Shown: positions 12,716-25,757, counted from the first letter of the stretch. The stretch: DNA of 64,000 nucleotides from Octopus vulgaris (GCA_951406725.2 OX597827.1:29760001-29824000), one strand, 5' to 3'. Numbers and translations: made by a program. The notes: generated from the letters alone by a model not told the origin.

Positions 12716-13636
12716 ATATATAGGATTGCTGTTGTTTGTGGGATTAATTTTGTCAGCACATGTCCCATTTCAATATCACCTCTAACTCCTCGATGTTTTA
12801 AACGGAATTCCCTTTGGGCAGAGCATTCAAATCAGAACTCCGTTTACAAGGAATACATCACCTCGATACATTACTTCTAACTAAATCCTATTTTGATCAG
12901 TGCCATTATTTAAATGATCTATGATCTGGTAAATAGAGTTCCTCTCCAGAGGACTGTTGATAGATATTCAGAGACTACTTTAATCTAATGTCCTCTTTCG
13001 CTTCTGTTCTTTTTCGAGATTGGTGCCATTTTCTGGCAATCAAAGACCCCGGGCGGCTTGACAGGAGTCATGGTGCTGATGACGCCTATCGATGCAGAAA
13101 CATGAATCTGTGTTGTCCTCTTGTCTCCAAACGAAAAAGATTGTCGTTTTTTTTTAATGGCATGTAACTATGGAAAAATTCTTAATTTTTGACATTATCT
13201 TCCTTCCTCATTCGGAGTCAATCACAAATGAGCCTTGGCATTTGTTTACGTTCTTGCGAAGAAAAAATAATTTCAGTAAATCACCATTTTAATTGGGCAT
13301 ATATTTAATATACCTTCATTTGCGTTTGCCGTCCAAATCCTTGCCACTGGCCACTCAATAAATCTCTTCCAACTCATTTTTGATTTAATTTATACTTGTA
13401 TATACCCATGCGTGCATACGTGAGTGTGTCTAGGTAAGGGTATATCAATGGTTGTATATATACATAAATACGTGTTTGTGTGTGTGTGTGAACCGCTCAT
13501 AACAACGGCCCACATATGGTTTCAGTATTCCAATGTGGGACTTACTTGACCTTTGAAAAGATTCACAGATGATCACAGGACTGCAGAATTTCTCATTCTA
13601 AAGAGGAAGTCTAGTCTTTGGGTCGCTGTTTAGCAA

Positions 13637-13667
<31 letters not shown>

Positions 13668-13993
13668 GAGGTCAGCTTGAGAAAGCATCAGGGATTGTGC
13701 GAGATATACAACACGAAATATTCAATGGCTTCCATACGATCTAATGGCCAGTGAAGTAACGAAATATCGGATTAATTAAATGTACGAAAATTAATTACTA
13801 AGTATTATACACCCGCGCACACATGAACACACACACACACACATAGACAAACAGACGGGGACACATACACACACACTCATATATATATATATATATATAT
13901 ATATTAACAGAAATAGATAATTGCACTCACAAATGTTATATATATATATACATACGTATATATAAGTGCGTGTATATACATACATATATATAC

Positions 13994-14047
<54 letters not shown>

Positions 14048-14088
14048 TATTAAATAGTGCAATACAGTTCATTGTTGTACCACTGTCT

Positions 14089-14168
<80 letters not shown>

Positions 14169-14252
14169 TAGTTATATCTATATAAATATGTATATGTATA
14201 TTTATATACATATATATATTTATATATATGTATATCTATATATCTATATAAA

Positions 14253-14303
<51 letters not shown>

Positions 14304-14342
14304 ATGTATATACATACATATATACATACATACATACATACA

Positions 14343-14378
<36 letters not shown>

Positions 14379-15519
14379 TAATGTGTGTGTGCATGTGTTG
14401 AGAGAAAGAGAAAGAGAGAGAAAAGAAAGTAATTTCAATTATGTTTTAATGATAACAAAAACGGAAATAATTAAATGCAAATGAAGAAAAGTTAATTAAT
14501 AAATGATAATGTGTAATTATCGCCGATTTCCCTGGGTAAATTTTAAATGATGCAAAATGTCAAATCTAAAGAGTGAACTCTTACAAGATTTTTTTCTAAT
14601 TAATTATTCTCATGTTCTAATTCTTTGAATGTTTGATGCTTATAACGGTCATATGTTCCCCAACCACCTGGTGCTTATGTGCTTTTAACAGATACTAAGA
14701 AAATTAGGATTTAGATTTCAGACAGAATTGGCCCAGACCATAACTAACTTAATAGCACCACTAGAGAAGACATTTCATCATGTTTCACGTTACTGTTAAT
14801 GTTTGGGCACCACAGCTCATTCGAGTGAAGAGAAATATCGGGGCGTGTATGTTGTTAATCTAAGATTTGTGGGAGGAATTCGTCAAGAAACTGCTCGAAT
14901 GCTATAAGGCTTTTTTTTTCTTTACTCCCCTTACATGTCTTGGCATGACGTTAAAGAGAGCAGGAACAGTCGAGGTGAGTTCATATTGTTACCGAAGATT
15001 CGAATCAAATTCAGGATTCTTTCGTTCCTATTAATGTTTAACTGCGGACAGTGGTATGAATATATTCATGCTGGATAATAGCCGTATAAGTATCCCAGTA
15101 CTGAGGAAGGGTTTCAGATATCATGGGCTCTCTCTTTAGGGTTTACTCTTTTATAAAATAGTATAAGGAGTTTTAAAACTTATTACCTGAATATGTGGGT
15201 GAACAGAGTGGAGCGCTTCATATTTTGGCTGGCCCTTTTTGTCAATTCCGAGGAAAGAGGCTGAGAATGGCATTCGTAGAGTTTCCTAGTCATATATGCA
15301 TATATAGATATACTTCTATTCTCCATTTTTTAACTGAATTGTTGCGTTTTATAGGATTTCTCTCCATAAATTTACAACACATCATTTACAAGTATTATTT
15401 TCATACTCGCAAATTTATGCTTGCAAACTACCAGCAAAATATGAAAAATCAATACTAGAAATCTTTTTTAGAAGCCCCCAAATTAAAGGAGGAATCTAAA
15501 TTCAACATTTTTACACCTA

Positions 15520-15586
<67 letters not shown>

Positions 15587-15620
15587 GGAGTTGAACGAAG
15601 ATGTTAATAAAATTCTTTTA

Positions 15621-15702
15621 CTTTCGACATATGTTTCGAAGACAACATGGTTTTATTCCAAAGGAATAAACGGTGTAGGATGCAATCTTCTCACCAGAAA
15701 AG
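15621..15702 (-). ncRNA. Hammerhead motif, decayed copy (CUGGUGA core)
   Basis: Inverted copy of 16285-16366 with A6 changed to G; retains GAAA CAUAUG UC GAAAG. Confidence 0.6.
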
Positions 15703-16284
15703 AAAGAGAGCCTCTCTCAACAAGACATTATAACAATTACGATGACTGCCTACATGATAAACAGAACGTTATTAAATATTTTTTAAAAAACCGTTAGTAG
15801 ATTTGACGTCAAAGGCAGATAGTAGGAAGAGAAGGGTTAAAGGAATAATAAGTAGAGAACCAATAGAGAGGGAGGGATACGTAGATTTAAAAAAATGTTC
15901 AAAGGCTTAGAAATAGACTTCTCTATTGAAGTAAAGTGCAAGTTAAACTAACTGTTCAAACTATAAGGACTGGCGAATTCACTTATATTAGTAAAATGTA
16001 CATTTCTGCCAGTGTTTATATTTGTACGATCGCTCTATAAGTGTGTTTACAAGGGGATTCTTAGAGAAGAGAATATGGAAGAGTTCAGAGTTGCAAATGT
16101 TACAAAATCTCTTGCCCTTATCGAAAGGAAAGGATACGGACAGTATGAACCAATCTAACTTAAAATCTATATTGTTATCTTTAAGATGCCAAACCAATTT
16201 ACTTAGCCCTATACTATGGCGTTTTTTGCTATCCCTAAATGTTAAATAATGATTTGAAATTCTCTTGGATAACTGGCTCTCTTT

Positions 16285-16366
16285 CTTTCCTGATGAGAAG
16301 ATTGCATCCTACACCGTTTATTCCTTTGGAATAAAACCATGTTGTCTTCGAAACATGTGTCGAAAG
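16285..16366 (+). ncRNA. Type I hammerhead ribozyme with long loop II
   Basis: CUUUC CUGAUGA GAAGA-long loop-UCUUC GAAA CAUGUG UC GAAAG; GUC cleavage triplet. Confidence 0.8.
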
Positions 16367-16573
16367 TAAAAGAATTTTATTAACTTCTTCGTTCAGCTCC
16401 ATTTATTTATTTATTCGTCTATAACACACAAATTACTGCACATTAACCCGGAGTTTCTACCTTTGGATAGATCGCTTCAACCGTGTTTCTGACGTGAATT
16501 TGCTACCCTGGTATCGGTTCATTGAATTTTCCATGTTAACGGTAAACATAGAATAATTCATTCACCCATTGAA

Positions 16574-16604
<31 letters not shown>

Positions 16605-16725
16605 TGGTAGGTAATGGACAGACCGTAGTTAAACTCTTGGTTTAATAGTGACACGAATGAAGAGTTTAATATGGGTCTTGTACTAGCATGAACTTAAATA
16701 TTTACATCTATTTAACCATCTCACA

Positions 16726-16777
16726 CCGTCTCTGATGAAAGGATATCCATAATATCCCAGAAATAGCTGTAAGTCTG
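16726..16777 (+). ncRNA. Hammerhead motif with degenerate stem I
   Basis: CCGUCU CUGAUGA AA GGAUAU CCAUA AUAUCC CA GAAA UAGCUG UA AGUCUG; core and stem II intact, stem I mismatched. Confidence 0.55.
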
Positions 16778-16840
16778 TATCTCTTTCCTTATACATTTCC
16801 TGAAAACTCCTCACAGCCTTGGCTTTGTTATCTCTTTTTG

Positions 16841-16903
<63 letters not shown>

Positions 16904-16906
<3 letters not shown>

Positions 16907-18512
16907 TTGCGGCCAAAATGTTCAGAACGGCATTGTTTTCGTCAGAAAATTAAATATATGTTTTTATCAAAATTGTTTTATATTCTATAATTTTCACAGA
17001 CAATAAATACAATTGGTGTAATTGGTGTAATTTGAGAGGATAATACAAAAGTTATGGATGATTTAGTGATCTACTTCAAAACCCATGGCGGCCAAAATGA
17101 TCAGAACGGTTGAAAATAATCAAAATAATCAAAAATGACTGAGAATACTGGAATTATTTAATATTTAGTGTGAAGCCCTTTAGCTTCAATCACACTCTGA
17201 CATCTTCGACTGCATGAGGAAATTAAATTTTCAATTTCTTGCTGGGTGATCTTATTCCATTCTTCCTGAAGGGCATTCCATAATTGTTCAGTTGTTTTAG
17301 GATTTCTGGCTTTCGAAAGTTCTCCTAGAATATTCCATACATTTTCAATAGGATTGAGATATGGGCTTTGAGCAGGCCAATCCATAACAATAACCTTTTC
17401 AGCCTTGAAGAAGTTCATGACCACCTTAGCCTTGTGACATGGGGCATTGTCCTGCATGAATATGGGTGGTCGCTTAGTTGAATTTCTCAGCACAGGCAAG
17501 ACATGATCTTTTACAAGTTGTTTATAAACTCCTGCATTTACCTTTCCATGTAATCGCACCAAAGGGCCCACACCATCTCCAGATATCATCCCCCAAACCA
17601 TGACACTTCCTCCACCGAATTTAACACTAGTCTTAAGGCATTTAGGCGACAATTTTTCACCTACTTTTCTACGAACGTACCTTTTCCCATCTGAGCCAAA
17701 TAACATAAACTAAGATTCATCACTGAAATGCACCGTTTGCCATTTTCTTGAGACCACAACACATGTTCGGTTGCAAAGGTAAGACGACACTTTTTATTCT
17801 TGGAGCTGATCAGTGGCTTCACTGCATTTGCTCTTGCTTGTAGGTCATGTTCAACTAAACGACGAGACACAGTTTTTCGAGATAAAGTTTTCTTCAATAC
17901 AATTCTCATTTTTCGAGAAACAGCAGCAGCAGTTTTAAATCTGTCCTTTTTAACCAACTTTACCATAGCACGATCTTCTCTCTTGGTCGTTTTTCTTGGC
18001 TTACCTGTAAACTTTCTTGCTTCACACGAACCACAATCATCGTAGACCTTAAGAATACCGTGTACAACACTTTTTGACTTGTTAACAATCTTTGCAATAG
18101 ATCCAATACTTAAATTATCCTTCCTTCGAAGCTTAATAATCTGCTGACGAATTGGTAACGGAGTAAGTGACATTATATTAACAAAGTACACTGCAAATAT
18201 TCTTACTAATGTTTAGTAAACGAACCGTCACGTAAACAAATTCAAAACATTAGAGTTCGCTGGTTAAATATACTAAAACATGCAGTAAAAGCCACCGTTC
18301 TGATCATTTTGGCCGCCATGGGTTTTGCAGTAAATCACTAAATCATCCATGCCTTTTGTATTATCCTCTCAAATTACACCAAAATCTCAGGCAATAACAA
18401 ATAATATCGTATTTATTGTCTGTGAAAATTATAGAATATAAAACAACTTTGATAAAAAATTTTATCTACTTTTCTGACGAAAACAATGCCGTTCTGAACA
18501 TTTTGGCCGCCA

Positions 18513-18515
<3 letters not shown>
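16904..18515 (-). mobile_element. Tc1 DNA transposon with IR/DR-type long TIRs
   Basis: TIRs about 16904-17110 and 18294-18515, each with two copies of GCGGCCAAAATG(T/A)TCAGAACGG; TA-flanked and embedded in (TA)n. Confidence 0.92.
17158..18173 (-). pseudogene. Tc1 DD34E transposase with a single frameshift
   Basis: Paired-like HTH N-terminus (MSLTPLPIRQQ..GKPRKTT), FSDESKF, VMVWG, QDNAPCH, SPYLNPIEN; a 1-nt loss in the A-run near 17743-17746 splits ORFs 17661-18191 and 17158-17706. Confidence 0.9.
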
Positions 18516-18566
<51 letters not shown>

Positions 18567-18570
<4 letters not shown>

Positions 18571-19050
18571 AATCAAAAAAGGAAAATACACACACTTTAC
18601 ATATAATATAATTTTTAATATATCGACCGGTTTCGCTTTCGCTATTCATGATTTTATGGTTTACTTATTTGAATATGTATTTTCTTAAGAAGAAATTTTT
18701 GTCCATGTTGTGTGTGATGATATTTACGAGTGAATGACTTCACAAGTAGAAAAATAAGGGGAGGTAATTGGTTATCGTCATTATTGTTGTTGTTGTGAGC
18801 AAGGGAGATAAAAGTTTAGTTTTCGGTAAGGTTAGGGGAATATATATGTACACACAAAAAAAAGGTTTCGAAAAACTTGTTTAGTGACGGGATTTATGTA
18901 CAGTGATGTAATCGTGAATTGAAATATGTAAAAAGATAAAAGTTGACTATGTGTGCATATTAAGACGTGTTCTGTATTTTTCAATGAAAAAGGTTTCTTA
19001 AAAGGTTCTTGTGGGTTGAAGTTATTTTTTCACGTTTATACACAACACCG
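18567..19050 (-). mobile_element. Penelope-like 3' end / pLTR remnant
   Basis: Minus strand ends ..ETFFIEKYRTRLN.., resembling a PLE endonuclease C-terminus, followed by a UTR with a hammerhead variant and (TA)n. Confidence 0.5.
18620..18654 (-). ncRNA. Minimal hammerhead variant with A3-U8 core (AUGAAUA)
   Basis: AAAUC AUGAAUA GC GAAA GC GAAA CCGG UC GAUAU; a second copy at 49134-49166 has a covarying stem I. Confidence 0.6.
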
Positions 19051-19072
19051 CTTGGCAACCGGTGTTGATTCA

Positions 19073-19105
19073 GTCAGTGACCACCTATAACGAAACCGGT
19101 ATGCC
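19073..19105 (+). ncRNA. Degenerate hammerhead variant with G3-C8 core (GUGACCA)
   Basis: GUCA GUGACCA CCUAUAAC GAAA CCGG UA UGCC; stem II is not well formed. Confidence 0.4.
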
Positions 19106-19154
19106 ATTTTATAATGATTTTTATACATTTTAATATAACTTCAGCCCATTTGCT

Positions 19155-19187
<33 letters not shown>

Positions 19188-19255
19188 TTTAAAAAAGCCT
19201 TTTCACTTAATTACACATTGTGCGGTCTCTTTTACTTAATATATATATATATATA

Positions 19256-19366
19256 AATCAAAATAAGCAACAAGTATATCCGAGGTAATGTGGTTTCATG
19301 CTACTTCAAGTAGCATGAAACGATTGTACCACATTACCTCGGATATACTTGTTGCTTATTTTGATT
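19256..19366. repeat. Fold-back palindrome in a pLTR-like repeat
   Basis: Arms centred at about 19307 (TTTCATGCTACTT C AAGTAGCATGAAA); a related non-palindromic copy lies at 35118-35300. Confidence 0.85.
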
Positions 19367-19461
19367 ATAATCACCCCATGGATTTATATAGATAACACCA
19401 TACAAAATTCTGGTGCCTTTGACTTAAGTAGCATATTCATCTGAATCTAAATTTTGCTGAA

Positions 19462-19526
<65 letters not shown>

Positions 19527-19527
19527 G

Positions 19528-19810
19528 TCGAATCCCGGACCGGGCTGCGTGTTGTGTTCTCGAGCAAGGCACTTTATTTCACGTTGCTCCAGTTCACTCA
19601 GCTGTATAAATGAGTTGCGACGTCACTGGTGCCAAGCTGTATCGACCTTTGTCTTTCCCTTGGATAACACAGGTGGCGTGGAGAGGGGAGGCTGGTATGC
19701 GTGGGCGACTGCTGGCCTTCCATAAACAACCTTGCCCGGACTTGTGTCTAGGAGGGTAACTTTCTAGGTGCAATCCCATGGTCATTCATGACCGAAGGGG
19801 GTCTTTACCC
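19528..19810 (+). mobile_element. tRNA-derived SINE (family C), 5'-truncated
   Basis: Starts at the B-box remnant TCGAATCCC, has core-like TTGTGTTCTCGAGCAAGGCACTT..CAGCTGTATAAATG, ends in CTTTACCC repeats. Confidence 0.6.
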
Positions 19811-19824
19811 CCCCCCCCCTTACC

Positions 19825-19870
<46 letters not shown>

Positions 19871-19964
19871 TTTAAAAAATCCTTTTCACTTAATTACACA
19901 TTGTGCGGTCTCTTTTACTTAAAACATGTTTCAATTATATAGAGAGATTTTACCTGCAAGGCAA

Positions 19965-22887
19965 ATGTTGGCATGGGGAAGACGCCGACACCTCGCCAAA
20001 ACTACAGGGGCCTTGAGGAGAAAAACGTCCCTGAGGAAAGATAACAAACGTCTCCAAGGAAAAAATTTACAAAAGAAGTGCGCTCTTCAGAGGTTATGCA
20101 CAAGGCAGCAGCTGAGCAAGAGTCTTTTTTGTACATGGAGCAAAAGATTGTGCAGCAGCTGACCTGGCTACAGCAAGCAAGCACAAACAAGGAACTTTGC
20201 CCACACCGCATGGCCACGACAGTCAACAGACACGGGATGACCTCCCCTAACGCCTGCACAGTCGTCACGCCAATAGTTTTACTAAATATTGGGGGACTGT
20301 TGCATCATAATAAAAGCAAAATTTCTTTCCTGAGAGACCTTGCTGCATGCAATCAAGCCCTTTGCATAGCACTCGTGGAAACTCACTTCAGCCCTGATAT
20401 TGAGGATGCAGAAGTACACGTACCAAAATATGCCATACTGCGAACAGACAGAAGGGAAAGGACCCATGGTAGAGTTGCTGTATGCATTCGTGACGACCTC
20501 ACACCCCATGTCTTACTGCCATACTCAAATTTGGTACGTGACACTCTAATTGTATAAGATAACATAATATAGTCATAATATAGCCCTATTCATGGAGCAA
20601 GCTGTACTCAGACCAACTAAGGCGAACAACATTCTGCATCTCTGCTTCACGAACAATATGGATATCATTCATGATGCGAAAGTGACGCCGATACTAGTCT
20701 CGGATCACAACATAATAGAGCTGTCTATGTTTGGGCCGAAAGCAACCAGAGACATACAGCCTAAAGGAAGCACCCGAAATCTCTCCAATCTGAACTTCCG
20801 CAAAGCAGATTGGAAATCGATCCAAAAAGAGATCCGCAGAGAGGACTGGCCGACATGTCTCACCAAACCAGTCATTGACATGAAACTAGAATGTTTCATG
20901 TCTTCTGAGCAAGCCATATGCCAGAAATATGTCCCAGAGCACAAGGCCAAAACAAATAGGAAAAAGATTCCAAGAGAGAGGAAGATCCTCATGAGACGAC
21001 GGACGAAGATTGCAAATCGACTCAACCAACATCCCAAAAGTAGTGAAAGGTCCCACCTAAAAACAACACTGATGGAGATCGAAAAAAGGCTGCAACAATC
21101 CTATGTGAGGGAGAGAGCAAAGAAACCTGGGTTATAAAAAACATTAAATCAAACCCAAAAGCCTTCTTTCATTACACGAAAGAAACAGTCTCAATACACT
21201 GCAAAATAGGACCCCTCCTCCAAAACGATGGCTCACTCACAGACAGTCCAACTCGGATCAGTGAGGTACTGAATGACCAGTTCAAAACTGTCTTCACCAT
21301 TCCGTTGGAACACATACAAGTGAACGAACCAGTGGACTTCTTTGCCGCCTCACCTATATACAGCCAGGCAGTTACGATGGAATACATTGACATTAGCGAA
21401 GAAGATGTACTACTAGCCATAGATAAATTGGACACAAACTCAACTGCTGGTCCTGATAGTCTCCCAACAATCCTCCTCAAATCGTGTAAGCATGCTCTGA
21501 CAAAACCCCTCCAGATTCTCTTCCAGAGCTTTCTTGCAAATGACAAGCTGCCAAGCAAGTTGAAAGAGGAAATAATACACCCAATCCATAAAGGTGGAAG
21601 CAGAGCAGATGCCAAAAACTATAGCAAAGTCATGGAACGGATAGTCAGAGGGAGACTAATCGCATTCCTTGAAGAAAATAATTTGCTGAGTGATACCCAG
21701 CATGGCTTTCGACCAGGTAGGAGCTGGCTGACCCAGCTCTTACAACATTATGACTGGGTGTTGAGGCAGTTACTCAACAACCCAAATGTGGATGTAATAT
21801 ACCTTGATTTTGCAAAAGCTTTTGACAAGGTGGATCATGGTATGATATGCTACAAACTGCGTGATCTCGGCATAGCTGGAAAACTTGGAGAGTGGTTACA
21901 TGACTTTCTGAAAGATAGAAGTCAGGCAGTAGTGGCTAATGGAGCCACCTCTATGAAAACACAAATAGGGAGCGGTGTTCCACGGGGCATTGTCTTGGGA
22001 TCAGTGCTTTTTATAATGTCCCTCTCAGATATGCACTCAAGTGCCCGGATAGCCACCCTTGCAAGCTACGCAGACGATACGAAAGTCTCGCAGAAAATAC
22101 AGAACTTCAGCGATGTTGCACATCTGCAGCAGGAGTTGGACTCAATTTACAGATGGGCTGAGGATAACAATATGCAGTTTAATGCTGAAAGATTCCAATC
22201 CCTGCGCTACCAGCTTCCAAAACTGAATATGAAACTTACAGGGTACACCGGTCCACAGGGAATTTCAATCCCAGAGTCTAAATCAGTGAGGGACCTGGGT
22301 ATCGACATGAGTGATGATAGATCTTTCCAAGTGCACATTACCAGGATGGCGACAAAGTGCAGACGACCGGCTGGATGGATCCTGAGAACATTCAGAACCA
22401 GAGATAAGGAAACCATGATGATCCTCTGGCGGACATTCGTCCCCTGCCGCCTGGATTACTGCTCACAGCTATAGTCACCCAACAGTGTGAAATTAACAGC
22501 GGACCTTGAAGCAATCCAGAGAAGATTCACAAAGAAGATCGTCTCTTTGCAACTGCTCAGCTACTAGGAAAGGCTGAAACAGCTAAAACTCTACACCCTG
22601 GAGAGAAGGCGCGAGAGGTATGCAGAAATATACATCTGGAAGATCCTGGAAGGAATTGTGCCAAATTTTGGCATTGAAAGCTACATCAATGCCAGAACGG
22701 GACAACACTGCATATTGCCAAAGATCCCAGCAACGCCATCGCGCTTCAGGACCAGTTACTGCAGTAGCCTGCGTTTCAGGGACTCACAGCTTTTCAATAT
22801 TCTCCCAAAGAGATTTCTTTAACACACTTAAACATTGCCCCAGCATGGCCGCGGCCTTCGGGCTAAAACATTTTTTAGGATTTAAGG

Positions 22888-22892
<5 letters not shown>
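19965..22892 (+). mobile_element. Decayed CR1-group LINE (APE endonuclease plus RT)
   Basis: APE motifs LLNIGGL, IALVETH, RTDR..GRVAV, PTKANNILHL, SDHN; RT motifs QHGFRPGRS, YLDFAKAFDKV, SGVPRG, YADDTK; many stops and frameshifts; 3' end TTTAGGATTTAAGGATTT. Confidence 0.88.
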
Positions 22893-22931
<39 letters not shown>

Positions 22932-22934
22932 CGT

Positions 22935-23225
22935 TTATATATTTGTTGTGCAAGATTTTTTATGTGAAGTCGTGTGTTGAAACAGACATTGTTGTATTTC
23001 GGAATGGTCATTTTGCCAGTTTAGCCAATAAAAACACACGCACTATATATTTGGTGTTACTTTGCTTCAGTGTTATTTATTTTTTACATTAATCTTAACC
23101 TTATTTCGGCCAGAGTTCTTTCGTCACACTCCTGTGACCTCATCAGTGGTCCTTTGTTTTCTTCTTTCTTATTTGTGTCTCTCCTTACTAACCGTCAGCC
23201 ATTTTGTATTTCTATTGTATGTGTC
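22935..23225 (-). mobile_element. Penelope-like pLTR (same family as 46493-46790)
   Basis: Near-identical to 46493-46790; contains a hammerhead; abuts (TA)n. Confidence 0.75.
23108..23151 (-). ncRNA. Type I hammerhead ribozyme (canonical core)
   Basis: GACCA CUGAUGA G GUCAC AGGAGU GUGAC GAAA GAAC UC UGGCC. Confidence 0.7.
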
Positions 23226-23235
23226 TTCATTTTCG

Positions 23236-23347
23236 CTTAGCCAGCGGGGTGGCGTCATTCGAAAGCTAAAACAATGCTAACGCATTGAGACCAGCGATGT
23301 GTAACAACTTCTGATGGTCTGGTCGGTCACGTAATCACGTGACGTGA
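23236..23347 (+). mobile_element. 3' part of SINE family D
   Basis: GACCAGCGATGTGTAACAAC.TCTGATGGTCTGGTCGGTCACG matches 61830-61882. Confidence 0.55.
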
Positions 23348-23361
23348 TATATATATATACA

Positions 23362-23793
23362 GAAAAAAGTCAAGGTAGAAAATGCTAAAATAATTTAATA
23401 AAAACATTTCAGTACCATTTTCGGTCATTGAGACTTTTTCGACTGTAAGTATGGAAAACAATTAGAGTTTGGAAAAATTAAATGAAAATTTTTAAAAAGA
23501 ATATTTGCATAGTATTCAAATACAAGGGGCATTTTCCTTGTTTCTGCCTGTCTCTGTCCCTCTTGTTTACTCGGACCCATAAGAGTAAACAAGACAGAGA
23601 CAGGCAGAAACAAGGAAAATGCACCTTGTATTTGAATACTATGCAAATATTCTTTTTAAAAATTTTCATTTAATTTTTCCAAACTCTAATTGTTTTCCAT
23701 ACTTACAGTTGAAAAATCTCAATGACCGAAACCGGTACAGAAATGTTTTTTATGATAAAATTATTTTAGCATTATCTACCTTGACTTTTTTTC
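23362..23793. repeat. Near-perfect palindrome with 210-bp arms (fold-back pLTR) between (TA)n tracts
   Basis: Arms 23362-23572 and 23583-23793 with a 10-nt spacer; each arm has a U3-A8 hammerhead variant. Confidence 0.92.
23703..23743 (+). ncRNA. Hammerhead variant with U3-A8 core (UUGAAAA); mirror copy at 23407-23448 (-)
   Basis: Consensus of the two arms is UUACAG UUGAAAA A GUC UCAAU GAC C GAAA CCGG UA CUGAAA; each arm alone has a few decaying mutations. Confidence 0.55.
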
Positions 23794-23797
23794 CATA

Positions 23798-23831
<34 letters not shown>

Positions 23832-25327
23832 CGATGGGCTCCTTTCAGTTTCCGTCTTCCAAATCCACTCACAAGGCTTTTCTCGGTAGAAGAAACTTGC
23901 CCACGGTGTCACGCAGTAGGACTGAATTTGGAACCCTATGGTAAGGACCCAAACTTCTCTGCATACAGCTGCGTCTGCGCCTATCTTTAACATAATGGGT
24001 CAGTGGTGTCAACGAACTTTAAAACATAGTTATAGTTTTACTAATGTACTCGATAAAATGTAAGTGACCCAGAGAATTAATTAGGAGAAAAAACATTGGG
24101 CGGCTCTCTTTTAAAATGAATTTTGTATTCGTGACAAAGATTACAATTTTTAGGGAAAGTGTCACTCCTTAGAGAATTAGTTGCTTTGTAGAAGAAAATA
24201 TCAAAAGATTTCATAAGAATGGTGTGGATTCGAGTTTAATATTAACCCGGCGAAATGCTAAGTGGCGTTTCGTCCATCTTCACGTTCTGATTTCAAATTC
24301 TGCCGAGGTCAGCTTTGGCTTTCATCCTTTCAAAGTCAATAAAATAAGTACCAGCGGAGTAGTGGGATCGATGAAATCGACTTATTCCCTCCTCCAAAAT
24401 TGCTGGCCTTGTGCTAAAATATGAAACCAATATTAACCTTATAATATCTAAATTATCTCTATGGTATACATATTTATTCTTAATACACTCTGGCAGATTT
24501 CAGCGTGAATGTACAACTCGACATGCTAGAAACAATACCTAAATAACATACGGTGCACGAATAACATACGGTGCTGTTTGCTGTTCTTTTTACTGATTTT
24601 ACAATTGTTTATTTTTTGTTTTGTTTTATTTTTTTATAGTTATAATTTTTTTTTACTGGTTAATATAGTTTTAGATAACCTGAATAAAAGATAGGATAGT
24701 AGGATAGTCGTGTCTGAAATGTATTCAATGATAGGCCTGCTCGATCATTGCTGACGTGAGGCTTAACCAAATAACATATGGTGGATAAGAAGTTGTTTAT
24801 TTTCTTCTATTTTATTTTGTCTGCGTATTTCATAATATTTATGATTAAGGAGTGTGTTTTTAAGGCAACGAGAAAAGAATGAAAATATGTTTGACAAATA
24901 TGCTGACCAATACCTTGACAGAGGAATTTCTTGGGCGGATGTTTTGAGGAGGCTTCTGTAGACAAGCATAGATATACGCATATATATACATACATAGAGA
25001 GACACATATATACATAAGTATATGTATAATATAAATGTATATATATAATATATATGTAGATGTATATCTGTGTATACACCTATCTACTTATTTATCTATC
25101 TCAATATATGTATATTTATGTATGCATATCTATCTATCACTATGTATGTATGTATATATGTATGTATGTATGTCCGGCTTCATATGGATGCCTTGTTAGA
25201 ACAGCGTATACTGGGTTATTAGCCTTGAGAAAACTTCTCATATAGACGCTTGAGGCATAAAAGCACTTGCTTATATGAGCCTTTCTAATACTAATACTGT
25301 TTCTGTATATAAATATATATATATAAT

Positions 25328-25753
25328 GACACCCCATTCTCGCGCCATTTCCGCTCCACCGGTCACTCTTTGCAATACCTGTCTATGTTCCGATTGTCCT
25401 TGTACGGTGGGGTGGGGCATCCGGATTCCTGTTTGCGCCGTGGAAAGGGATTAAGCTTCTTTGCGCCACATGCATGAACTCAACTCTCTTCCCCTCTTTA
25501 TCTAACCTTCTCCCCTCCCCTCTCTCCCACTCACACCTACTTCCTCCCACCCACCTCTCCTCTCTTGCTCCGAGTCCTACTTCTTCTCTTCATTCCTACT
25601 CTCCTACTCTCTTCTCTTCACTCCTACCCACCTTCTCCCTTCATCGTCAACCCTCCCTCGTACCCCCACCCACTCCTACGCAATCCAACTAATACATCTG
25701 TTTGTTGTCTACACCACCTGTCTTCGTCTTTTGTTTTGTTTTTGTGAATTCTA

Positions 25754-25757
<4 letters not shown>
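25328..25757 (+). mobile_element. Penelope-like 3' fragment (same family as 49540-51019)
   Basis: NDTPFSRHFRSTGHSL..LSLY..HPDSCLRRGKGL aligns with 50066-50240, followed by a C/T-rich UTR and the same terminus CTAATACATCTGT..TTCTACC. Confidence 0.75.

Larger units (their letters stand above)
15583..16575 (-). mobile_element. 5'-truncated Penelope-like element with inverted terminal repeat (pLTR)
   Basis: Minus-strand GIY-YIG C-terminus (..VWHLKDNNIDFKLDWFIL..CNICNSELFHIL..) at 15988-16270; 15583-15712 is the reverse complement of 16275-16404; both arms carry a hammerhead; (TA)n on both sides. Confidence 0.8.

Noticed and set aside
13070-13112. CTGATGA...GAAACATG hammerhead-like string
   Set aside because: No UH triplet after the palindrome and no stem I pairing.
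14820-15480. Possible very old PLE RT remnant on the minus strand
   Set aside because: Only vague motif similarity with many stops; not supportable by eye.
25236-25280. CTCATATA/TATATGAG stem enclosing a short loop
   Set aside because: No ribozyme core; such AT-rich stems are expected by chance here.
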